From: Setoptus koraiensis
Lineage: Eukaryota > Animalia > Arthropoda
Length of the DNA stretch: 64,000 bases
Assembly: GCA_048013815.1 (NCBI GenBank)
Contig: CM106586.1
Coordinates: 10,106,001-10,170,000, forward strand
Reading direction: 5' to 3'
Under the pieces are notes generated by a model. That model had not been told where the DNA came from, did not search any database, and worked only from the letters and a program-made list of their open reading frames with translations. Below are positions 35,301-47,300 of the stretch, in pieces. Positions within the stretch are counted from its first letter, which is position 1. Each line of letters opens with the position of its first letter. The position numbers were made by a program, and so were the translations under genes.

Positions 35301-38300
35301 ACGTTATGCGGGCCCGATTGTTGCTCGTCACAAACGATCCGCCGGGCCGCACAAAACCGCAGAATTTGCCTAGAACGGGCGCGCCCTGAGTCCGCCTCGG
35401 CCCGTCGTCCACTATCATCTGACCGTCGCTGTTTATGCTGACGTCGGGCACGCTGCCCGAACCGCTGCTGTTGCCGCCCACCTGGGCGCCGGCGAACAGC
35501 GGATCCTCCAGCTGGACGTAGTCGTTGGCGCAATCGTCGGATTTCTCCAGCTCGAAGCGCCCAAAGAAGCTCATGTTGACCCGGTAGCCGGGCGGCAAGC
35601 TGATGTCGTAGACGCAGCGGGTGTTGTTGGCGTACTTCTTGAGCGGATCCTGGATGGCCATGCGGGCGCCCCAGCGCGGGCCGGTTTGCACGTCGCGCTC
35701 CCGGGGCGACCTTATGGTGCCGCGCAGGTAGTCGTAGAACTTCTGGCCGCAAACGCCGTCCACGATGGTGCGGATGTCCATCTGAAAGCCAAATAGATCG
35801 GGCGTTTGCGTGAACGGCCGCGACACGTTCGACTTCAGGTCCGCGGCAGGGGGGGCGGGCCGCGCCGCAGCCGGGCCGTCGCTGTCCGCGCTGAGCCGGT
35901 GCTCTCGGAAGGCGCCTACAAATATGATCGAAAACGGTCGGTCGTCCATGGTGAGCACGGTGTCGTTGTTGAGCTTGGCCGTGTTGGCGTCCTCGGCGCA
36001 GTACCGCACCACCAGCGGCGAGTCCATGAGGACCCCGCTGCGGATCTCGACGAAGTCCTCGCTGAGGCAACCCGTTGACTGTTTGTTGGCCTGCTTGTCT
36101 TGCGCAATCGTCGGGCGCAAATTAAACGAATCGAAGCGCAGTTCGCGCAGTGAGCCCCACGAATGCACGTCCCATTTGCATATCCGCGGCGAGTAGGAGC
36201 CCGCAACGGGCGCAGCCGTCGAGTTGCCGCCCCTCGCTTGCGTCAGCGCATAATCCGTGTGACTGGCTATTTTGCCCGTGAAATCGTACAACCGTCCGCC
36301 GCAATCTTGCTCGAAATATCTGCCCCGAACACCGCGGTAGAAGGCGCCCACAGATTGATTGGCTGGCGACAACGGCGGCCCGCCGGTGACGGGCAAATTG
36401 CGCGTATGTAGCGAGATGAACGGATCGGGAATTGTGGGCACAAACACGTGATAGTACCATTGGCCCGTTTTGTTGCCACACACCATATCGGCGGGCTCCG
36501 CAGAACCGACAGCGCCCATGAGCGGGAGGTCGGTGGGGCCCAGCGTCAGCCCGTACATGCCGCACTGGGCGCCCACTGTGGGAGTGTCGCTGTCGGCGTT
36601 GTTGGCGTTGCCGATGACGGGTATTTCGAGCACGTCGAATATCACGTAGCTGGTTCGCTTCTTCCAATTGCTCATCGTTCTCACGGGCCAGTAGCAGTCG
36701 ATGTCGGCGGAATCGGCCCCCGTCCCGTCGTCCGTCTGATTGAAGCGGCCGCTCACAAAGTAGCCGCCGCTGTCCGCTGGCGCTGCAAACGGATCCGGGA
36801 TCGCTTCCCATCGGGCTCCGCCGACGGAAGCGGCGCCGGCGCTTGCGGGCCCGTCGACAGGGCTCAGCGGGTACACGAGGCTCCTGCTGCACAGTTTGTC
36901 CTCCTTGAACGAGAAACTGGCCGAAAAGCCCTCATCTTGAGCCAGATATTTGCTCGAGAATCGCACCAGCAGCACGTTGCTTGTCGACCTGATCGCAACT
37001 GGCGCGGGACCGCTCGTGGCGCCCGCTTTGTCGTCAATTGCGTGAACTGCGGGCCGCTTGATGGGCCGGCCCGTGGCGTCAAACTGTTGATCGCGGTCGG
37101 CCGCACTGTCCGACGAATCGGCCGCCTGTTTGCCGTACGACAGCTTGCAGTCGAGTTGCTTGACGTGCCCGAGGGCGACCAGTTTGTCCATAGCGTCGCC
37201 CGACAGGCTGGCCCAGCGGTCGTAGTAGTCGACCATGCGGCTGTAGTACAGTTTGTCCACACATTTGCCCTGTTGGTTTTGCTTCAAATTCAAACTGTCA
37301 AAGGTCAGCTTGACCGCACCGCGCCACTCGGGCACCTTCATCGTCCAGCTACAGGTGCGCTCCTGGGGCATGGGCTGCGGGAAGTTGGGCGACTGCAGCG
37401 AGCGGTCGGTCTCGTCGAGGTGGCCGCCGCACCGGGTGCGGCCCGCCTCGTCCGCCGTAGAACTGGACACAAACATGTGAAAACCGCGCCCGGACACGGC
37501 GTTGTCCGTCTTGAAAATGACCGTTATGACGGGTCCCGTCGACTTGACTGTCACCCACAACAGTTTGCCGTCGGGTCCCCATTGCACCGCTTGCTGTTTG
37601 CGCGTGGCCACACTGCCCACCGTGTCCTGCCACCGGTCCGAGCTAGCGGCCAGCTGTATGTCGGCGGTCAGTAGGCGGCTCGACGCGGTTCCGTTGTTGC
37701 CCGTCGGCGGCTCGCTCGCCTGTTTGGCCTGTTTCATTTGCAACAGTTTGCCGTTGCACCATCTGGCCAGCAGGGGCGCGTCGCTCGTGTCGCCGTCCCT
37801 AAACTCGAGATAGTCGCCCGTGGAACAATCGGCGCTTTGGCCGGCCAAATCAACGTCGTACAATTGCGCAATCAGTGTTTGTTGGGGCGCCGCGGAATGC
37901 AGATAAAATTTGCAATCGCGATTATTGGTGTAGTTGCGCGGGTAATTCTTGCTTTGCAAACGCAAGCCCGACACCACGTGATAGGTGCCGCCACAGTCGT
38001 TGATGGTGACGCGCGCCTTGAAGGCGCCCAGCGCAACGCGGGCGCCCGCTGGATCCGCGCCCGGCGCGGTCAGCCCGAGCCGCTTGCCCGGATTTGTGAC
38101 AAAGCGCACAAACATGTGATTGTCCGTCGACTTGACACTGTTGGCTCGCGGCGGCAAACAATATTTCACCAGGCGGTGCGACAGAGTGGAGCCCCCGTCG
38201 TACACGGCCACAAACTCGGTGCTGGCGTCGCACTGCTGCTGCCCGGCCAGATAATTGGTGGACATTTCGGCGCCCGCTTGCTGCTGTATGAGCGCCTCCT

Positions 38301-41300
38301 CGGTGGCGCTAGTGTCAAAATCGAGCCGGATAATGGAGTGCTCGTCGGTGTACACCAGCCAGTTGCATTCGATGTCGTGCGGGGGCGCCTGGGGCCAGTT
38401 GGGCGAGCGCAACTCGAACGAGGGCTGCTCAGAGCTCAGCTTGACGCTGTCCGAGCATGATTGCGACAATTCGCGGTACGCAAGCGCAAACTCGACCCCG
38501 TTGTAAGTGTCGGGCACGTCGGTCGCCCGCTTGGCGTCGCGCCCGGGACCCGGCAAAATGGCGCCTCGATGGAACTGAACCAACAGCTCGTTGGAGAAGG
38601 ATTCGGCGGGCAAAACGGGCAACTTTGTGCCGCACAGGCGCTGTCGGGAGCCGAACTGGGGCCACATGTCGGTGGGCCCGTTGTACAAGGTGAAATAGGA
38701 GGCCGAGGCGCCCAGGCAGGCGTCGCGCAGCGTACTGTTGGTGTTCGAGTTGGAGTTGGGCAGCAAAAATTTGCTGAACGACAGGCTGATGCGGCGGCCG
38801 GGCCGGACTCGGATCAGCCACTGGCAATCGGTAGAGTTGATGACGTCGTATTGGCTCAGCCGGTATTGGCGGTAATTCTCGAGCAGGCCACCGCACCGGG
38901 GTTTCAGTGTCAGCTTGAACGACACGACCCCGGACTGGCCGCTGCCCGTACCCGCCTCCTGGTACCGTTGATACCGGTGCACGTAGGTGATTCGGGCCAT
39001 GTTCGAGGCCAAGCGGAATGTTTGCCGGCGCCGGCCGCACAACGTCCTGTTGACCGACCAGTCGGCCTGAGCAATGCTCACGGGCGCCACAACGCCCTGC
39101 TCCGCAAAATCGCTTCCGCCCGCAATGTCGCCCGGCCCGTCGGCCAGAGACGGTGCGGTGCCCACTTCGAATTGCAGCCGCTCGTAGTAGCAGGCCTCGC
39201 TGAAGCTGTCCAAATTGAGCTCGCTGATGTCCACTTGGAAATGCGACCCGGGCCTCGTGACGAACGTCCACGAGCAGCTGGAATTGGGCCGGAAATCGGA
39301 CATGATTATGGCCGCGGGCAAGCCCGACTCGTCGCCATCGGCGGGCCGGTTCACCGTCAGGCCGGCATCGTCTTGGCCCGTCTTGGGCACAGATCGTGAC
39401 TCGCCCGCGCTCGAATTGGCCTGCGACGGGTCCGCACCGTTTGCCGGCGGGGGCCAGCTAAGCTCGAAGGGCTCGCTTCGGTTTAGCATCAGCTCGGTGA
39501 AGTGGCAGCTGTCGCTGGGCCGGCCCGACGCCTGCGGGCCGGCACCCGGCTCGGGCACAAACACATTGGCGCTGCTTCCGTTTACGTGCGCAAACACGGG
39601 CTCCAGGTTGAGAGACTGCTGCGAGGCGGACACCCGCGACCAGCGCATCAAGAAGCGACCCTCCGAACGTTTGTTCTGATAAATCACATACAGCCAGTTG
39701 CCCCGGCTCCTCAGGCGCCTCGACAGGTCCTGGCGAACGCGAGGGTCTCTAGCGGCGACCACGGGCGCCCTATTCTGATTTTGGTTGGCCGAGGCGGAAG
39801 TGGCGATGTGCTCGTACGACAGGTAACCGCACAGGGTGGCCAGGGGCCTCCCCCATTTTGGCTCGAAGTCGTAGATTAAGATGGCGTCTAGGTCGCAATC
39901 TTGCTCTATGGAGCCCAAGTTCAAGTCGAGCAATTCCAGCTCCAACTGGTCGCCCTCTTCCGTTTCCAAATGCCAGCTTATTGATGCGTCCAGTTTGGTC
40001 AGCATCGGGTACATGGGCGAACTGATGATGCCGTAGTCGACGGGTGCTGAGGCGCGCGTCGCCAAAATCTGCATGCCATAGTGAATAGTGTACTCCAACC
40101 GGAAGCCCTTGCCCGTCTGGCTGGTGTCGTCCGTTCGGAAGCGAATCCACACCTCGTCGGTCAAGGTGACATTGTGGGGTAATTCCGGCTTTTTTGTGCC
40201 GCAGTACCGGCCGATGAGCACCGACTCTTCCCATAGACTGTCCGTATTGTAGGCCAGTCTGTTGTGCGACGAATCCTTGATGTTCCTGCCCACACTTTCA
40301 ATTGTTTGCGACGACACGGGCCGGTTTGCCTGGCTGGTGGTCGCGGACAACGGGCCGGCGCCCGTTGCGGCGCCCAACGTCGACCACAGATACTGCTTTT
40401 TCCACATGGGCAATTGTCGCACCTCCACATAGTCCAAATTGCAGTGCTCGCTGTCTTGCAAATCAAAATCCACGAACTCGAGCGTTATCGTGTGACCGGG
40501 CGACGCCTTGACAAAATAATTGCAATCCATGTTGGGCTCGTAACTGTTCGGATAGTTGGGGCTGGCGAAGGAGCCCCGCTGCGACCAGTAGTCGCCGCCG
40601 CAAAAACCGTTGGTGTTCCTAACGATGGAGCGCAGCACAACGTCGCCCGTGGTCACCAAGCTCATGCTGGGCCCCACCGACACAAACTCGTTTTTGGCCA
40701 CAATGTCGTCGTTGTCGCACAACACATAGCGCGGCCTAATGCTGGAATTGGTGCCGCTGTCCGCACCCGCACCGGAAGCCGCACCCGCGCTTTCGGCCGC
40801 GTTGGTAAGCGGAAATTCGGTCATGTTCAGGCTGAACGGGGTGCCCTCAAACAGTCTGACGCAATGGCTCCGCTTGTCCCGGCTGGACTCGACCAGATGA
40901 GTTATCGAAACGACAATCTTGTCGCCCGGGTCCTCCGATATCAGATGCCACAGGCACATTTGCTCCCGGTCCGAGGCCAGCATGCTGCTGGCGCCCGCCT
41001 GGCGCCGCTGGTACCAATTGGGCCGGTTCGGGTAATTGGGCGTTTCCACTATTGCGGGCCCCTGTCCGTAGTGGAGCGCCGTCGGCTGCGCATTCTGCCG
41101 GACGCGCACCTCTGAGCCGCACAATAGCCCGTAGCTGAGCTTCCATTTGCCCGCCAGGGTGCCCTTGGTCTGGAACACAACCCGAGCCCGGCTTTCACGG
41201 GTCACGCTCACCACGGGCTGACCGCCCAACGAGGCACCCAACGAATTGTCTGGCACGCTGCCAGTGTATGCCGGTGGCGACCATTGGCCACAGTATTTGG

Positions 41301-44300
41301 CCAATTGGCCGAATTGGTTCGACCATCGGGCCGCCAACGACAACACCTCCTGCAAGAGCAAGAAACTTTTCGAGCCGCACGGGTCGGCCCGGTCGATGCC
41401 GGTCTGGGCCGGTTTGGTGGTGCCGGTCGTCGCCGACCATTGCGGATCCTGCCAGTCTTGCGGTACGGGTATGTCGAGCTCTTCGAGGCGCATGCGAATG
41501 CGATTGTAATGGGGCACCGTTATGTCGTACTCGCACCAGTTTTCGTTGCTGTCGTAGTCGCTCGGGTAGTTGGGCGACGTCAGAAACGAGTCCATGGCCA
41601 GCGGAACGTTGAGAGTGGGCGTCATAGAGCGGCTGCACGATCGCGAACCCGACGAGGAGAAATAATTCAGGCGGAAACCGCGCGCCCAATGCAGACCGGC
41701 GCTGAAGAATTTTATATACAACTTGTTGCTGGTTGTGGGCAACTGACGGTCGCCGTCCCGCTGACAAATAGACAACAGCAGCGGTGCGGTTTCGCTGTCG
41801 CCCGCGTAAATGTTCAAATAGCCCGTGGAACAGTCGCCGGGCGGCGCCATTTTGTCGCCACTCAGCGGCCCGATGTCGGACTCGAGCGCGTGCAGCGCCA
41901 GCGAGGCGCTCGACAGTGGCGACGCCACCGTCCATATGCACTCGACGGGCCGGTCTTCGCTCAAGAAATACCTGATCTCCTGTGACCATTCGTTGGACAG
42001 GTGACCGCCGCATCCGACACTGCGCCACTCCAACCGGAAGCCCTGCCTCTCGAAGGTTCGGTCCGTGCGGAAGCGAACAAGGGCCAAGTTAGTGTTGAGC
42101 TCAATGAGGGCGTCGTCGCCGTGCGTCTTGTCCCGCAAATCGCCGCACATTATCCGCACCAGTGTCGCGCCCCTTGGCGGGGCCTCCGTGTCGGGCGTCC
42201 GGCCCGACTTCATGGCCTCCAGGCCCTGCTGCTGCTGGCGCTGCGACTGGCTGCCGTTGGCCGCCCTCGCCTGTGCCTGATCCTGCCAAAACAGCTCCTT
42301 TGTCAGCTTGCTGTTGCTCGAGTTGAGGGCCCATATTTGCACGAAATCATCGACGCACCAGGGTCGCATAGATTTATCCGTGGGCGCCTCGGCCGTCTGG
42401 CTAACGTTCGCAGTGAGGCTCGTTAGTTGGTCGACTGCGGCCAAAAAGCGATCCGCGTACTCAAGTTTCAGGCTCACCACGCTCATGCTGATGTTGCTGC
42501 CGAGGGGCGCCCTCAGCAGCCAGTGGCAATTGAGCTGGGGCGCGTACGTGTTGGGATAATTGGGCGACTCTATGGCTCCCTGGTAGCCGGAAATGGCCAC
42601 AAAATCGCAATCGGTCACATAGGTGAGCCGAAAACCGCGCCCGGTGCCGCGGGCTTGCGCCGAAACGAAGCGCACTTGTACTTTGTTGCCGCTGGAGCGG
42701 ATGTGAACGGGACCCGACGCCAGGCTGCTGTTGGCGCACCATTTGCCCAGCGACAACTTGTTGGCCGAAAAGTCCGAGTAATCGCCGTCGAAAATCTCCA
42801 AATAGTCGCCCTTGCGGTTGCAATTGGCCGCCTGAGCCGCGTCGGCGGCGCCCCCGCTCCCGCCCAGCCACAAGTCCTCCAGTGTTAGCAGCACCACGCT
42901 CGATTGGCTCACCTCTACCGACCACGAGCAATCGGCTTGGTGGCCGTACGGTCGCGGGTAGTTGGGCGACTCTATTTCGCCGCTGGCGGTGGTCAGTTTG
43001 CCGCCGCAGCCCGTTAGCGCCCCGTCGAAGCTCATGCGGAAACCGGGCGCGGAAAAGGTTGCGTCCGAGCGGAATTGCAGCCACACGTTGTTCGAGTGGG
43101 ACAGTATGATGCGCGACTGCAATTGTTTGCCACAAAATCGGCCTATCAACGGAGAGTCCTTGTTGGGTCCGTTGCGCAATTCCAGATAATCAAACAGACA
43201 CTTGCTTTGTCGTTCGAGCGCAAACTGGCTAAAGTTCAGTCTGATCTGTTGGCCGTTGTCCGCGTGAATGGTCCACGTGCACTGGGCGCCCGCCGGGTAC
43301 CGGTCCGGATAATTGGGCGTCACAATGGTGCCCGAGTCGTGTATGATGTTTCCGCCGCACTGATCGGGATTGTCGCTAAACTTGTACCGGACGGGTATGA
43401 CCTCCAGCGGTTGCGGTAACCACTTGTTGGGCCGGGACGAAACGCGGCGCGACCACTGGCTCGCGGGCACATATTCGCGCACCCGGATGTGCAACACATT
43501 GCCCGACGAACTGACCATTGTGGGGGGCAGTTGCGACGGACAATAGGAGCGCGTTTGGTTGGTGTTGGGGTCGTGCAGCTCCACAACCTGATTGAATATA
43601 ACGGCGCATTTTGAGTAGGGCGTCTCGGGCAGTTTGGAGGCCGCATACCAGAACGAGATGCGCTTCTTTTTCTTCTCCCTCGTTGGCCATGGTTGACTCC
43701 TTTTCGTCCGATCGGACTCGCTCGAGTTGGCCGCCGCCGGCGCCGCCGCACGGGTAATTTCGTTGTTGTCGCTGGCGATGAATCGCTGGTAACCGGCCAG
43801 CGCCTCGTCCAGTTGCCTGTGATCGGGCAAAAACTCTAGCTCTATTCGCTGGCTCGAGTTTGCTCGCAATATCCACGAGCATTGCACCTTAGCGACCAGT
43901 TTGTCCCAGCCCACCCCGGTTTCTCCCTTTTCCACTAGGTCGTCCAGCTTGAGCTCTATGCTGCCCTGAGCGGGCTCGCTGATTATGCCGCCGCAAGCCC
44001 GTTCGCCCCTGTATTGCGCCCGGAACACCATTGTGGCATTTTGGTTTCGGGCCCCTGGCGTGCGTTTCACCAGCAACTGGAGATGGTTCCATTCGGACTC
44101 GTAACTGAACGACGCCCAGCACATCTCTACCTCCTTTATGTCGTACGTTTGCGCCCACGACAGCTGACTCTGTTTGAATTCGCCAGCGACACCGGAAGCG
44201 GGCGCCGAGGCCGCTTTTCTCGCCACCAGAGAGTCGTCGCTCGTGGCGTCGGTATCGGACCACGCCGGCTTGTAGCCCAGATCCTTGGGCAGTCCGGTAC

Positions 44301-47300
44301 TGTGATCGAGCGACTGGTGGTGCATGGCGCCGTCGATGAATATCATGGACACCTCGCAACTGTTGTTTGTGGGTCCGTCGCGCCTCCAGCCAAGGCTGAG
44401 AGGCTGCAATAGGAGCACAATTATGTAATCTTTGGGCAACCGGATGTCGTACAGGCACCAGTCGACATTGGGCGGCAGCTCGCCGTAGAACAGGTCCACT
44501 TGGTCTCTAAACGAGCCGCTGCAAACAAGCTTGTATTGGCCCCTGAAGCCCACAAGTCCGCGAGCGGCGCCCCTGTCCGACGATTCGTACACTATGTACA
44601 ACGAGCGGCCCGACGATTCTATTGGCTTGTCGGGCATTTCAGACTCGCAATACTTGCCCAACAGGGCAGCGTTCGAATGCGACCCATCGTACACCTTTAT
44701 GGACGTAGTGACACAACGGGCGTTGGCTTGAGCCCCCGCCCCCGGGCCGCCACCCAACCGGAAGGTGTGTTTGCTCATGTCACCAGCGGCGGCGGACCAG
44801 TCCGTTTGAGTGCGATGCTTCGTCAAAATCTTGTCCCAGCCAGCTCTCATCATCCTCGATTGCGGGATGGCGGGCGCCGAGGTGCCCACAAACTCCAGCA
44901 GATCGAACCGGATCTTGACGTACTTGTCCTTTTGGCTGGTTCGGATCTCCCACTCGCATCTCATGTTGAAATTGTCAGAATCGCCAATGGTGGCGTCGTC
45001 GGCCGCCAGTCCGCTTCGGTTGGCCGCAGCGACGTCCGCCATTAGCTGCTCGCCCGTTGCAACAGCATCAGGGCGGCCTTGCTGGCGCCCAGAGAAATAG
45101 GGCGACACAATGACGCCCGACGGACCGCTGAACAGGCCGCCGCAATTTTGTATGCCCGGCTCGGCTGCGTACGTAATGTAGAAACCCTGGGCACTCTTGT
45201 CCAATTGCGACAATATATTTGTGGGGCCTGTATCCGAGTTGAAGAAAATTTCCGCGGTGGAGCCCGAGGTGAGAATTGGCGCGGGCAGAGCCAAGCGAGC
45301 TCCCGTGGCTCCCGCACTCGACGAACAGTATTTGTACAGGAGCAGCTCTTCGTGGAACCTGGAGATGCCGTCGTATATGGTGAGCTCGTCGCCCCGACAA
45401 TTTCGTGCCGACTCTTTCGGCGTAGCGCTGGCCACTGGCGGCGCTACGCCCAGGTTGAGCGCCCCGAAATGTAGCCGAATGCGCTTTCCGGCGGGCACGC
45501 GGATGTAGTAGGTGCAGTAGCGCTGTTTAGGATATTGGTGCGGATAATTGGGCGACGACACATAGCCAAACTCCTGGACGGGATAGTCGAAGTGGCACAC
45601 GGGCTCCATTTGTTGCCAGCGGAACCGGAAGCTGAACGTTCGCAACACTATGGCTCCGTCTAGCGCGGGTTGGGCCAAACTTTGGGATATGTTTAATTTG
45701 TACACAATGTTCAACTGATTGTGGGTACTGTTGTACACCTTGAAGGGTGGTTTTTTGGGCACCGTCGACGACTGGTTGCCGGGCGCCGCGCTAGCCGTCT
45801 TGACATCGTTCGGACATATTCTGCCCAGCATTTGTTGCTCGCCGTCAATGGGCGGCACATCGGTTATGGTTAGGTATTCGTCGTTGCAATTATCAATTGT
45901 TCGGGTTTCGGGGCCCGCCGTCAGGGATTTTCCGACGAGATTGCTGGTTGGGCTTGACAAGAGATCAACTTGGTCAAATGTGAGCATGATGGCCTTGTCG
46001 GTGGGCAACTTTATGGACCATTCGCAGCGAATCTGTTGCACCAGACTGAAGTCTAGCGGGTACGACACGGAACCCTCGTGAGTCTCGAATAAACCGCCAC
46101 AAGAGGGCCTGAGCTGGTCGCACAAGCGGCCCGTGTAAGCGCTCGGGCATATGCACTCGAACGAGTCTCTGGTGTCGAAACACGAGCCACCGTTCTTGCA
46201 CGGGCTCAGCGGCAAACAATTGCTCGTTCCGACAACTTGCACCACCGACACGTTCTTTTGCTGTGTCTGGCCAGTGCCATTTGTGACCACTATGGAAATC
46301 ACTTGACCGGCGTCTTCGCCCGTGCCGAAATTAATCGCGTTTGGCTGCTGTGGCTCGTTCACCGCTACGGGCAACAGGCAACCCTGGTCGCCCACGCCCG
46401 AGCCAACATACGGGGGCGAGCAGACACAGTGGCGGAAATTCATTGAGATGGCCGTGTTCTCTAGACACTGGGCCATCGGGTGGCAGCCGCCGTTTGGTTC
46501 CGACTGACAAGCGGACACCCGCTGGCAGGTCAATCCGTCGCCCGCAAATCCGGGCGGACACAGGCCGCACTTGCGGCTACCGGGCAGATTGATGCAGTCC
46601 ACCAGGGGCGAGCAGCCGCCGTTGTTTGTTTTGCATTCGTCTATGTCGCGACACACCCTTCCGTTGCCCACGAAGCCGGGCGGGCACGGGCCACACTGAA
46701 AGCCGCCGGGCAAATTGATGCACTCCACCAGCGGACTTTGCGAGCACGGGTAGGCGCCGTGCCACGGACTGGAGCTTATGGAGTTCATGAATGACATTGC
46801 AACCGATTGCGCCACCATTTGCGTTGAGTTGTCCAGCGCACCAACGCCGTCCAGGTAAGACATCGATGTTCCGGCCAGCAGCGGATAAGAGGAGCATTCG
46901 TTGATGTCCACTGTGCAGGCGGGGTCGTGTCCGTTTGTTGTCCATCCCTGATCGCATATACACTCATATCTGGCCTGATTTGGCACTTGTCGTTGCAAAT
47001 TGATGCACTTGCCATGACCGCACAACGACTGACTCGAGCTGAGAGTACAATCGTCGTGCTGTTCGGTACAATGAATTCCGTGATAATTTGCCGGACATTC
47101 GCACCGGTAGCTGCCGACGATATTGATACATTTGGCCCCATTCTGACAGCCCAAATCGGTGCCGAGGAACTTGAGACACTCATTAATGTCATTGTCGCAG
47201 TTGGGCCCGTCAAAATTGCTCGGACACAAGCACCTGTAGCCATCGTACGCGTCCAAACAGGTGCCTCCGTTCTTGCACGGATTCTGGCTGCATTCGTCTT

